Below, in pieces: positions 7,319 to 15,365 of a DNA stretch of 18,742 nucleotides. Within the stretch, counting starts at the first letter, position 1. Each line of letters starts with the position of its first letter. The notes under the pieces were generated by a model that saw only the letters and a program-made list of their open reading frames with translations, had not been told where the DNA came from and made no database searches. The position numbers and the translations under genes are program-made. Source of the DNA: an archaeon (GTDB taxonomy: Archaea; Iainarchaeota; Iainarchaeia; Iainarchaeales; Iainarchaeaceae); NCBI GenBank assembly GCA_038046625.1, contig JBBSVV010000031.1:1-18742 (forward strand), given 5' to 3'.

Positions 7319-7723
7319 TCAAGCTTCTTCGAGCCGAATGATTCTTGGCACCGAGTCAAAATCCCTGTCAAAGGAATAAATTTCCTTTATGCCCAAATCA
7401 AGCATTAATGCTACAGTAGTGCAGTCGGTAAAGCTGAGTTTCCCGTATTTTTTGAAGATTTCAAAAGCAACCGCCAGGTGTTTCTGCTCGATTTTCAGCT
7501 GCGTGATTTCAGAATCGAGGATTTCTTCCAGAATGTTTTTTGAGGCTTCTGTGCCTTTTTTTGCCCTTGCCAAAGTAAGCAGTTCGTCCAAAATATAGTC
7601 AGAATAAACAACGTTTTTTGCATTGCCATCAGTTATTGCTTCAACTATTTTTTTGGCTTTTGCGTGGTGTTTTTCGTCCGGAAAAAATGCCGCGAGCAAA
7701 GTAACCGTGTCAATGAACTGCAT
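7319..7723 (-). CDS. vapC: PIN-domain VapC-family toxin
   Basis: FIDT...ILDELLT...LSFTDC...IYSFDRDFD, with the acidic PIN residues intact. ATG 7723 overlaps the upstream stop (TGATG). Confidence 0.93.
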   Translation of the reverse strand: MQFIDTVTLLAAFFPDEKHHAKAKKIVEAITDGNAKNVVYSDYILDELLTLARAKKGTEASKNILEEILDSEITQLKIEQKHLAVAFEIFKKYGKLSFTDCTTVALMLDLGIKEIYSFDRDFDSVPRIIRLEEA

Positions 7724-7959
7724 CAATCAAAACCCGATACAATCAAGTCATGCTCTTCAACAGCGTCAAATTTCTTCCCGACCTTAAACTTTCCAACAAG
7801 ATTTTTCAAAGAGCCCTTCCTTTTAGGCCTCAGAATGATTTCCTTATCCAAATCAATCACCCGGATTTCCTGTCCGGGACGCAACCCGTGCTTGCGCCTG
7901 CTCTTCGCCTGAAGAGTGAACTGATACCCCTTGGACAACTTAACATCATACACATCCAT
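7723..7959 (-). CDS. AbrB/MazE-family antitoxin (VapB role)
   Basis: VKLSKGYQFTLQAKSRRKHGLRPGQEIRV...IILRP. GGTGG motif 6 nt before ATG 7959. Lies directly upstream of vapC. Confidence 0.9.
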   Translation of the reverse strand: MDVYDVKLSKGYQFTLQAKSRRKHGLRPGQEIRVIDLDKEIILRPKRKGSLKNLVGKFKVGKKFDAVEEHDLIVSGFD

Positions 7960-8046
7960 ATACAACCACCAACTATAATATGCGCCTCATTATATTTAAG
8001 CTTTTTCATTAAATTTGCCAATTCTAATGAATCGTTGCCTTTCGGC

Positions 8047-8922
8047 TCATTCGAACTGCTCGTAGTTCGCGCTGTTGAACCTGTACAAAAACCGCCTTAT
8101 ACGGGCGCCATTGCAGGAATATTTTTCGAGCACGCCCTTTTTTTCCCCGAGAAAATCACGGAACCCGCAACCCGGGCAGGGGTCAAGCAGCAAAAATTTC
8201 CCGAAAAATTCCGTGATTGCAAAAGCGTGGCTCGAGGCGCTCTCCATTTCCGCAATAACGACCTCGGCCTTTTCATCGCCAAGGGCATAGAGCAGCGAAC
8301 ACAAAAGAACCGCGCGGTCCTCGTCATCGCCGATTTTTTCGGAAATTATTTCCTTCGGCGAAAGCCAGAAAGAAATCCCCAAATCGGCCTTCACCAATGC
8401 TATTTCGTCGCGCACGTAATTGAACGCCTTTTCCGCGGCCCGCGCATAATGGTTTTCAAACACGTAATCCTCAGGCCCGAACAACTGGATAAGCGACTGT
8501 ATGTTGAGGTCGTCCCTTGTGACAAGGGCCTTTATCTCCCCTACTGTTTTGCGTTCGTTCTCGCTTATGAGTTTCGCGTACTTCCTGAACAATAATTCGT
8601 AAAGCTTCATCGAGGCCGCGTCATTCAAGCCGGATTCGCGCTGCTCCTTTGCCAAAACAGACCTTAATTGCGAAGCCTGCCTCTTGAGTTCCGCATTCTC
8701 GAGCTTCAATGACGTGTAGCTTTCGCCTGAAAGCCTGTCCAAAAGGGATTTAAGCTCGTCAAGCTGCGCCTTGAATTCACGTTTTTTTTCACGGTCCTTC
8801 TCATGGGAAAAGGCCGATTCGAGCGCGTGGATATTCCTGAGCAAAACCTTTTCGGCAGAAGTCCTCTTGAGTTCCGTGGCCTCCGAAGCTCCAAACACCA
8901 TACAAACTATACATAATTTCAT
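8047..8922 (-). CDS. Coiled-coil plus transglutaminase-like domain protein, catalytic Cys replaced by Asp
   Basis: Charged helical N-half, then AFNYVRDEI...FWLSPKEII...GDDEDRAVLLCSLL...HAF...FLLLDP. The true start may be ATG 8901. Confidence 0.8.
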   Translation of the reverse strand: MKLCIVCMVFGASEATELKRTSAEKVLLRNIHALESAFSHEKDREKKREFKAQLDELKSLLDRLSGESYTSLKLENAELKRQASQLRSVLAKEQRESGLNDAASMKLYELLFRKYAKLISENERKTVGEIKALVTRDDLNIQSLIQLFGPEDYVFENHYARAAEKAFNYVRDEIALVKADLGISFWLSPKEIISEKIGDDEDRAVLLCSLLYALGDEKAEVVIAEMESASSHAFAITEFFGKFLLLDPCPGCGFRDFLGEKKGVLEKYSCNGARIRRFLYRFNSANYEQFE

Positions 8923-8993
8923 TGAAAACCGCTAAAAACCTTTCCAAAACCCCGAAAACCCTTATACATAACTGTTTTTTGTGTTTCACAACC

Positions 8994-9016
8994 TTTAAAA
9001 ATATAGCCCGCTATAT
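8994..9016 (+). promoter_or_regulatory. TATA box and adjacent palindromic operator of the RHH-MazF pair
   Basis: TTTAAAAA (8994-9001) followed by a perfect inverted repeat ATATAGC-CC-GCTATAT (9001-9016), just before ATG 9024. Confidence 0.6.
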
Positions 9017-9023
9017 ATGCTGT

Positions 9024-9239
9024 ATGTCCACACTTAGTGCAGATGTGACCACAGAAATGGAAAAATGGGTAGATGGCAAGGTAAAGTCAGGACTCTATAA
9101 AAGCAGGAGCGAGGTCATAAGGGAACTCCTTCGCGAAAAAATGAGCCAGAACAAGTATGCCAAGGCTGCCCTGTCACAGAAGGCTCTTGAAAAAATCTGG
9201 GGAAATGACGAAGACGAAATCTGGAAAACCTACTTGTGA
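9024..9239 (+). CDS. Ribbon-helix-helix (CopG/ParD-like) antitoxin
   Basis: MSTLSADVTTEMEKWVDGKVKSGLYKSRSEVIRELLRE; C-terminal ALEKIWGNDEDEIW. Start reassigned from TTG 8922 to ATG 9024. Confidence 0.88.
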   Translation: MSTLSADVTTEMEKWVDGKVKSGLYKSRSEVIRELLREKMSQNKYAKAALSQKALEKIWGNDEDEIWKTYL

Positions 9240-9245
9240 CCGCAA

Positions 9246-9572
9246 ATGGACCAGCTTACAGTCGCCTTGGCAAGATTCCCTTTTACAAACCAGATTGACT
9301 ACAAAATACGGCCCGCACTAATCATTTCGAATGAGCGTTTCAACAAAACACATGCCTTTTACTGGACGTGCCCCCTGACAACCAAGACAACCCTAAAAGA
9401 ATTCGAACTTGAAATGGCTGAAAAGGATTTTTCAGGCGAACTCAAAACAAAAAGCTTTGTGAGGACGGACACAATCGCCTCAATGGAAAAAGGGCTGTTC
9501 CTCAAGGAGATTGGAAAGGTCACGCCGCAATTCTTTGAGAAAATAAAAAACGAAGTAACGAAAAACCTGTGA
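9246..9572 (+). CDS. mazF: MazF/PemK-family endoribonuclease toxin
   Basis: ARFPFTN...KIRPALIISN...CPLTT...SFVRTD...IGKV, the PemK signature. Confidence 0.92.
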   Translation: MDQLTVALARFPFTNQIDYKIRPALIISNERFNKTHAFYWTCPLTTKTTLKEFELEMAEKDFSGELKTKSFVRTDTIASMEKGLFLKEIGKVTPQFFEKIKNEVTKNL

Positions 9573-9598
9573 GACGAATTTTAGCGCAAAAAAATAAA

Positions 9599-9672
9599 TT
9601 ATATCGGAAACGATATAAGATTACTTGGCGTAATTGATTTTCAAAAGATAATTATATATATCAATTTGATAT
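9599..9672 (+). promoter_or_regulatory. Two palindromes sharing an ATATC/GATAT half-site around a TATA-like run, upstream of the RHH-RelE pair
   Basis: TTATATCG-GAAA-CGATATAA (9599-9618), TTATATAT (9652-9659) and ATATCAA-T-TTGATAT (9658-9672). AGGTGA ribosome-binding motif precedes GTG 9694. Confidence 0.55.
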
Positions 9673-9693
9673 GCATATTGTTAGGTGATTTAA

Positions 9694-9960
9694 GTGGGTG
9701 AAACCTTAGTGAGAATGGAAGGCGCACAGGAACTCATAGTTGATAAATTGACTAAAAATGGCTTCTACAAGACCCGCAGCGAAGCGATAAGGGCCGGAAT
9801 ACTCGAACTTGGCAGAAAGCACAAGGTTTTTGGCAGCGCAAAAGAAATAGAGGAAGAACTAGCACTAAGGAAAATGAAGAAAATATCCGAAGAAATAAAA
9901 CAGGGCAAGCGGAAAGAACTAACCGAAGCACAGGTAAAGGAAAAATATGGCTTCAAGTGA
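9694..9960 (+). CDS. Ribbon-helix-helix antitoxin
   Basis: TLVRMEG...IVDKLTKNGFYKTRSEAIRAGILEL; C-terminal ELTEAQVKEKYG is typical of RelE/ParE partners. Confidence 0.85.
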   Translation: MGETLVRMEGAQELIVDKLTKNGFYKTRSEAIRAGILELGRKHKVFGSAKEIEEELALRKMKKISEEIKQGKRKELTEAQVKEKYGFK

Positions 9961-10221
9961 TTGCCCTTGTTCGAACTCACTTACGCCGAAGGGTGGGACA
10001 GATACTTCTCAAAATTTGACAACTCACTCAAGCAAAAAATATGGAAAAAAATCCAGCAAATAAAAGTACTGACAAATCCGAGACACCTAAAGCACGGCGA
10101 ACCATTCTTTGTTGAAGAGACCGGCCAATATAGGCTATGTTTCAAACAGACGGCTAAAAACACGCGGCAGATAATATTTGTCGGGAACCACAAACAATAC
10201 GAGAAATGGTATAAAAGATAG
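9961..10221 (+). CDS. RelE/ParE-superfamily toxin
   Basis: FELTYAEGWDRYFSKFDNSLKQKIWKKIQQI...GQYRLCF...IIFVGNHKQYEKW. 86 aa, basic, abuts the antitoxin stop. Confidence 0.8.
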   Translation: MPLFELTYAEGWDRYFSKFDNSLKQKIWKKIQQIKVLTNPRHLKHGEPFFVEETGQYRLCFKQTAKNTRQIIFVGNHKQYEKWYKR

Positions 10222-10242
10222 AGGAACGGCAACAATATTCGC

Positions 10243-10316
10243 GCGCCATAATCCGATATCCTGCCCCCCCCAAAGAATATAAATCGGCACCATTATAGTG
10301 CTCCAAGGGGGGTGCA
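10243..10316. other. Intergenic stem-loop with possible loop-tail pseudoknot
   Basis: GCGCCATAAT/ATTATAGTGC (10243-10252 with 10292-10301) and CCGAT/ATCGG (10253-10257 with 10283-10287). The loop C8 (10264-10271) is complementary to downstream G6 (10307-10312). Confidence 0.3.
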
Positions 10317-10398
10317 TTGTTTATTCATTTGTGCCCTTCAAGGCTGCCCTATTCAAATAACGTTTTTATTCGCGTGGGGCGTCTTATTACTGACCACG

Positions 10399-10809
10399 AT
10401 GGCGAAGCGAAATGCGCAGGTTTCAGTGGAATACGTCGTCCTCACGGCTTTCCTCCTCCTTGTTACGGGAATTTTCTTCGGTTTTGCCCTGTTCTTCTTC
10501 AACGAGAACTCTGCAACCGCGCACGCACAGGACGCGGTAATAACATTCGTGAACGAGGCCGACCGCGCGGCCTCATACGGCGATGGCAGCAAGGTCTTCT
10601 TCACTGTGTACGTGCCTTTTGACGTGCAATCGCTAAGTGCCGGGAGAAAAACCATAAGCATGGTGATTTCGAATGCGGGCGGCTCAATGGACGTAATCGG
10701 CTACACCAAGGCAAACATCACTCCCGCTGCATTCAACCCCGCGAGCGGGCGCCGCTCGTTCTCCGCGGAATTCATTGACGGAAACGTACTGGTGGAAGAA
10801 CTTGCCTAA
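10399..10809 (+). CDS. Type IV pilin-like protein, class III signal peptide
   Basis: MAKRNA|QVSVEYVVLTAFLLLV: basic leader, Q+1, E+5, hydrophobic helix. Start reassigned to ATG 10399, with TTTTTATT about 30 nt upstream. Confidence 0.88.
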   Translation: MAKRNAQVSVEYVVLTAFLLLVTGIFFGFALFFFNENSATAHAQDAVITFVNEADRAASYGDGSKVFFTVYVPFDVQSLSAGRKTISMVISNAGGSMDVIGYTKANITPAAFNPASGRRSFSAEFIDGNVLVEELA

Positions 10810-11161
10810 AGCACAGGTTTCCCTGGAAGTTTTGGTTGCGGTAACAATCCTGCTCTTCACATTCATACTCATGCTGGTATTCGCAAACACCCAGCAGCAG
10901 GAAGCCGAGGCATTGCGCGCGCAGCTCCTCGAGAAAAACGACTGCGTCTCGCTCCAAAGCGCGATAAGCCTCGTGAATTCCGTTCCCGAAAACTCGCGCA
11001 CCCAAACAACGATTTTTTACGACGCAAACATCGGGAAAAACACGATAAGCCTTGCGGACTATTTCTGCACCTTTTCCGGGCAGGAAATCACGGCACAGCT
11101 TTTGCGCGGGGACGTGCTGGTAAAAAAAGAAGGGGGCATTGTTAGTGTCCGGAATATTTAA
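10802..11161 (+). CDS. Type IV pilin-like protein, class III signal peptide
   Basis: MPKA|QVSLEVLVAVTILLF. TTG 10802 is preceded by GGTGGA and overlaps the upstream stop. Confidence 0.87.
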   Translation: MPKAQVSLEVLVAVTILLFTFILMLVFANTQQQEAEALRAQLLEKNDCVSLQSAISLVNSVPENSRTQTTIFYDANIGKNTISLADYFCTFSGQEITAQLLRGDVLVKKEGGIVSVRNI

Positions 11162-11645
11162 CCAAAAAGGCCAAGCCGTTCTCCTTGATTTCGCCATGGC
11201 GCTTTTCCTTTTCATGATCATGTGGATATTCATCACCTCGGAATTCAATGTGCGCGAAGCCGAAGCCATCCGCGCAAACGATTTCGGCACAATGAGGGCG
11301 CGCGCCGATTACCTGCTCGAAGGGCTCGTGAAAACCAGGGGCATTCCGGAAAACTGGGAAACACTCACACTTGAAGACGCAAGCTCTTTTGGCCTAGCAA
11401 AAACCGACCGCGCCCTTTCAGAGGCAAAGCTCGCGGCATTCTCAAATTTTTCCTCGGACTACGAAGGGCTCAGGGAGAGGCTTCCGCTCGAGGAATACGA
11501 TTTTTTCTTCGAATTCAGCGGCATTGATGATGTGAATGTGGGCCTCGAGCCACAGGGAAACGCAGACAAAGTGGTTGTGCAGAGAATAGTGACTTACAAG
11601 GGAGGTGTCGGCATTGCAAAGCTCACGCTCTACAAGTTCGCCTGA
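11139..11645 (+). CDS. Minor pilin-like protein, class III signal peptide
   Basis: NQKG|QAVLLDFAMALFLFMIMWIF; LVKTRGIPENWE motif of archaeal minor pilin-like proteins. Start is TTG 11139 or GTG 11145. Confidence 0.85.
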   Translation: MLVSGIFNQKGQAVLLDFAMALFLFMIMWIFITSEFNVREAEAIRANDFGTMRARADYLLEGLVKTRGIPENWETLTLEDASSFGLAKTDRALSEAKLAAFSNFSSDYEGLRERLPLEEYDFFFEFSGIDDVNVGLEPQGNADKVVVQRIVTYKGGVGIAKLTLYKFA

Positions 11646-14406
11646 TTCGTTCTTCCTGAAATGCGCCTCCGGGACTCCGGGAGTAGCGCAGAAAGGATTC
11701 GTGTTCACGCTCGACTCCATAATAGCTGTCGCGCTCGTTGCCAGCGCGCTCTTCCTTCTCGCTGCTTTCCAGGGCAATTCCCCGCCGACAACACTCCAGA
11801 CCACAAGCATTGCGCAGGACGCATTTTTTTCGCTTGAGGAAACGGGCTTCATGATACAGACACTTGACTCGAACACAATGGTTCAGTCTGCCTCAACAAT
11901 AAGAAGTGCGCTGCTCTCATACCTCCCCAAAGGCTTTGACGCTAACGTAATTGTTTCGAGCTACATATTCGATTCGGGGGCTTGCGCCTTGGCACAGACA
12001 TTCAATGCGTGCTTCCCGGATTCGAACAAGCTCTCGGGCTCATCAGGAACCGTGGCTTCGGGCTCTTTCGCAACCGGAAGGAAATATTTTCTCAGGAAGC
12101 AGCCTCCCGGCGACTGCAACATTTCCTACGCGCAGTTCTCCGAACCAGAAAGCATAATCAACTGGCTCGTGCCGAAAAAAAATGCGGACGCGCTTTTCTC
12201 CGAGGCTTACTTCGCGGCACAGGACGCAAACGTAATATTTGACGTGAATGTGATGCCAAGCAGCTCAATAGTCTGCGACGGCAATGTCACGGTCACATTG
12301 AGCATCACTGTCCCCCAAAGCGTGAGGAAGCCGATTGACCTTGCGCTCGTGCTTGACAGGTCCGGTTCCATGAGCTGGAGCGGAAGGGTTGACACAAGCG
12401 ATGCGAGAGCGGTTTTCCTTGACGGGAGCAATGCTTACCTTGCCGATGGCAGCGGCGGAATAAGGAGCATAGGCATTTCCAACCCGCTTCTCCCCTCGCT
12501 TATTGGCCGGTATGACCCCGGCACAATAATTGATGTGCATGGCGAACCCGGAAACAGCCACGTTTTCATACTCGACACCTCCGACACGGATGAACTGATT
12601 TCAATCAACCGGAGCAACCCAAGCAATCTTACAGAATCAGGCCAGGTGAACTTTGATTTGGTTGTAGGCCTTTACGTTGCGGGAGGCTATGCTTATGTTG
12701 CCGGCGAAGCCGCAAACAGGGCCGATTCAGGCCTCGTAATAATGAACGTTTCCAATCCGGGCAACATGGCTGAAGTGAGGCGCGTCGACACCACAAACCC
12801 CCGCGGAGTTTTCGTTGACGGAAATTATGCTTACCTTGCGGACGGCAGCGCCGGCCTGAGGGTAATCAACGTTACAAACAAGGCAACCGCCTCTGTTGTC
12901 GGAACATACAATACTGCCGGAACCGCAGAAAATGTTTTCGTTTCCGGAAGCTATGCGTATGTTGCGGACGGCGCCAATGGCCTGGTCATTGTGAACGTTT
13001 CCAATCCAAGCGCACCCTCATTCGTCAGTTCCTACAATACTCCAGGGTACGCGTATAATGTGGAGGTTGCCGGGAACTACGCATACGTTGCGGACAACAC
13101 CGGCATCCAAATACTTGACGTTTCAAACCCAAACTCGATTTCTTTCTACAAGAGCTACGCAACGCCTTACACTTACAGGGACATCGACGTGAACAATGGC
13201 TATGCATACCTTCCTGCGGGTTCCATTGGGTTAATCACCGTAAAACTGGATGTAGGCCCGAGAATCAACGAAGCCAAAAACTCGGCGCAGAATTTTGTCG
13301 ACTTCAACGGCTGGACCTTTCCGCCGGACCAAATGGCGGTTGTTTCATTCAGCGACTCCGCAACAACAAACCAGCAGCTCACATCAACAGTTTCAATCGT
13401 CAAAACAGCCATAAACTCGCTGGTTGCCAGCGGCGGCACAAACATAGGCAGCGGAATCAGCGCTGCCACAACCGAGTTGAACAGCGTTCGCCATAACCCT
13501 AACGCGCTGAAATTCCAGGTCCTTTTAAGTGACGGACAGTCGAATTCCGGTGATTCAGCAACTGCAGCGCAAACAGCCGCGGCCAGTGGCATAATAATTT
13601 TCACAATCGGATTCGGAGCCGACGCGGATGAGGCCGAACTCACGAACATAGCCAACATCACCGACGGCAATTATTACTTTGCCAGCGACGAGAATGCGCT
13701 GCAGGCCGTGTTCGCGCTCATAGCAAAAAAAGTCGGCGAACTCGCGAACGACTCCAATGTTTCAGTGCCTGTGATAAGCGGCGCCATACTGGTTGATTCA
13801 GGCGGCGGCACTTTGATTGACGGGAACCTCATTTTTGATTCCGGCTCAATAACTCCGGACACGCCATGGACCGCCACTTACCTGATAAATTTCCCATGCT
13901 CTAACGCTTTGGTCTGCAGTGCCGACGCATTCAGCTTTCCCGGGCCGGGAACAAAATTCAATTACACTGATTCCGACGGCAACTTCCACTCTGTTGATTT
14001 CAACTCCTCGGTAACGCTTTCATTCGAGAAGCGAGACCTTGCTGTTGACATTACAGGCGGCGAAGTGCTCGGAAAGAACGACGTTTCCCTGGATGTGCTG
14101 GTGCAGAACACAGGTGATTTGGATGCTGACGCAACAACGATGCGCTTTTACCTGGGAAGCGCACAGGGAGCCCCGCTCGGCAATTACGTTGTCCCGGCCC
14201 TGTGTTCCGCACAGACGCCAAGCTGCACAGCATCCTCGCAGTCTTACTTATCGGTTCCGATTCCAGCCGAAGGCGTCATTTATTCCGTGATAAACGATTC
14301 GAACACGATAAGCGAGTGCCCCATAGGCAACATTGACGCAATCAACTGTTCAGGCGGGCCCGAAACACAGGTGTTCGTGGTCCGGTACACAATATGGAGG
14401 CCATAA
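11614..14406 (+). CDS. Large pilin-like adhesin: class III signal peptide, Ig-like domain, VWA domain with a 7-repeat LVIVD insertion, CARDB-like domain
   Basis: AQKG|FVFTLDSIIAVALV; MIDAS motif DLALVLDRSGSM...GGTNIG...LLSDG; seven (Y)AYVADG..GL.I.NVSNP-type repeats; DLAV...VLVQNTG...TMRFY. Start is uncertain: TTG 11614 follows GGAGGTG, the ORF track uses GTG 11605. Confidence 0.9.
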   Translation: MQSSRSTSSPDSFFLKCASGTPGVAQKGFVFTLDSIIAVALVASALFLLAAFQGNSPPTTLQTTSIAQDAFFSLEETGFMIQTLDSNTMVQSASTIRSALLSYLPKGFDANVIVSSYIFDSGACALAQTFNACFPDSNKLSGSSGTVASGSFATGRKYFLRKQPPGDCNISYAQFSEPESIINWLVPKKNADALFSEAYFAAQDANVIFDVNVMPSSSIVCDGNVTVTLSITVPQSVRKPIDLALVLDRSGSMSWSGRVDTSDARAVFLDGSNAYLADGSGGIRSIGISNPLLPSLIGRYDPGTIIDVHGEPGNSHVFILDTSDTDELISINRSNPSNLTESGQVNFDLVVGLYVAGGYAYVAGEAANRADSGLVIMNVSNPGNMAEVRRVDTTNPRGVFVDGNYAYLADGSAGLRVINVTNKATASVVGTYNTAGTAENVFVSGSYAYVADGANGLVIVNVSNPSAPSFVSSYNTPGYAYNVEVAGNYAYVADNTGIQILDVSNPNSISFYKSYATPYTYRDIDVNNGYAYLPAGSIGLITVKLDVGPRINEAKNSAQNFVDFNGWTFPPDQMAVVSFSDSATTNQQLTSTVSIVKTAINSLVASGGTNIGSGISAATTELNSVRHNPNALKFQVLLSDGQSNSGDSATAAQTAAASGIIIFTIGFGADADEAELTNIANITDGNYYFASDENALQAVFALIAKKVGELANDSNVSVPVISGAILVDSGGGTLIDGNLIFDSGSITPDTPWTATYLINFPCSNALVCSADAFSFPGPGTKFNYTDSDGNFHSVDFNSSVTLSFEKRDLAVDITGGEVLGKNDVSLDVLVQNTGDLDADATTMRFYLGSAQGAPLGNYVVPALCSAQTPSCTASSQSYLSVPIPAEGVIYSVINDSNTISECPIGNIDAINCSGGPETQVFVVRYTIWRP

Positions 14407-14408
14407 AA

Positions 14409-15365
14409 ATGAACATGCAAAAAGGGGTTTTCTTCACGCTAATGGTTTTCCTGCTGCTGATGCCGCTGCTCGCGCTCCACACGGCCACAAAATTACAGGG
14501 GTCCTCGCTCTCAACAGCCATTGCGGAAGCGGACGCATTCCGCGCGGTTTCAGACAAGTACTCAAACATACGCCGAAACGCCTCCGTGCTCGGCACCAAC
14601 ACAGCGGAGAGCGGCATTGACATGAGGATACTCCCTTTCACGTACTCCGTTGACGCGAATTCCTTTTCGCTTTCAACCAAGCTCCCTGTGAGGCAGGCCG
14701 ACGTTGATTCCTACCTTGGCATAATCAACGGCTTCAGGGTTTTTCTCGAGGACACAAACTATGTGAACGAATTCGATTCACTCAGAACCGACATAAACAC
14801 CCTCACCCCAGCCGAATGGGGCGGCACCGATACGGACGTTTCTTTCGTGCTCAGGCCGCAATGCGTGAAGTACTCCATACTTGACTCGAACACCATTTCC
14901 TTTGATTCGGGGAATTATTGTGCAGACTACAATTACTCCTCAATGCGCAAACAGGGCATAACAATCTCGCTTTCAAGCACGCATGACTTCAACGCGCTTT
15001 CATGCTCCTTCAACGGAACAAGCACCTGTTTCGCGGATCCCTTCAACCCCGCAAACCCACTGCCTTACATAAATGTGGCGCTACTTGATGCGAACTGCTC
15101 CAAATGCGCGCTCCCGCAGAAAACCATCAGCGGGCACTTCGACCCCGCGCAGGCAAGCGCCATGACCCTGAGCTGCTCCGGCACAGGATGCGTTACCCCG
15201 GCACTGCAAATGGATTTCACAGGAAAAACAACCCTGGCTTTTTCCGGCCAGCGCCTTGACATAACCTATGTTACCGGCTTTCCAAATGACATAGATGAGT
15301 TCGCGTTCAGCGACATAAACTTTTCAGTAGAAAACACTTACTTCAATGCAAAGCGGTGGGGCTGA
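14409..15365 (+). CDS. Pilin-like secreted protein, class III signal peptide, Cys-containing
   Basis: MNMQKG|VFFTLMVFLLLMPLLAL. GGAGG at 14396-14400 favours ATG 14409. Confidence 0.85.
   Translation: MNMQKGVFFTLMVFLLLMPLLALHTATKLQGSSLSTAIAEADAFRAVSDKYSNIRRNASVLGTNTAESGIDMRILPFTYSVDANSFSLSTKLPVRQADVDSYLGIINGFRVFLEDTNYVNEFDSLRTDINTLTPAEWGGTDTDVSFVLRPQCVKYSILDSNTISFDSGNYCADYNYSSMRKQGITISLSSTHDFNALSCSFNGTSTCFADPFNPANPLPYINVALLDANCSKCALPQKTISGHFDPAQASAMTLSCSGTGCVTPALQMDFTGKTTLAFSGQRLDITYVTGFPNDIDEFAFSDINFSVENTYFNAKRWG

Noticed and set aside
7750..8595. 281-aa plus-strand ORF
   Set aside because: It is antisense to the AbrB and transglutaminase-like genes, which have recognisable motifs.
8922..9023. 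N-terminal extension of the RHH antitoxin in the ORF track
   Set aside because: It spans the TATA box and operator; the RHH fold begins at ATG 9024.
10312..10398. N-terminal extension of the first pilin
   Set aside because: The class III leader begins at ATG 10399 and the extension covers the likely promoter.
12376..13257. Insertion in the VWA domain as an intein or DGR variable region
   Set aside because: There are no intein terminal residues or LAGLIDADG motifs, and no reverse transcriptase or adenine-specific repeat pair. It is a protein-level LVIVD repeat.
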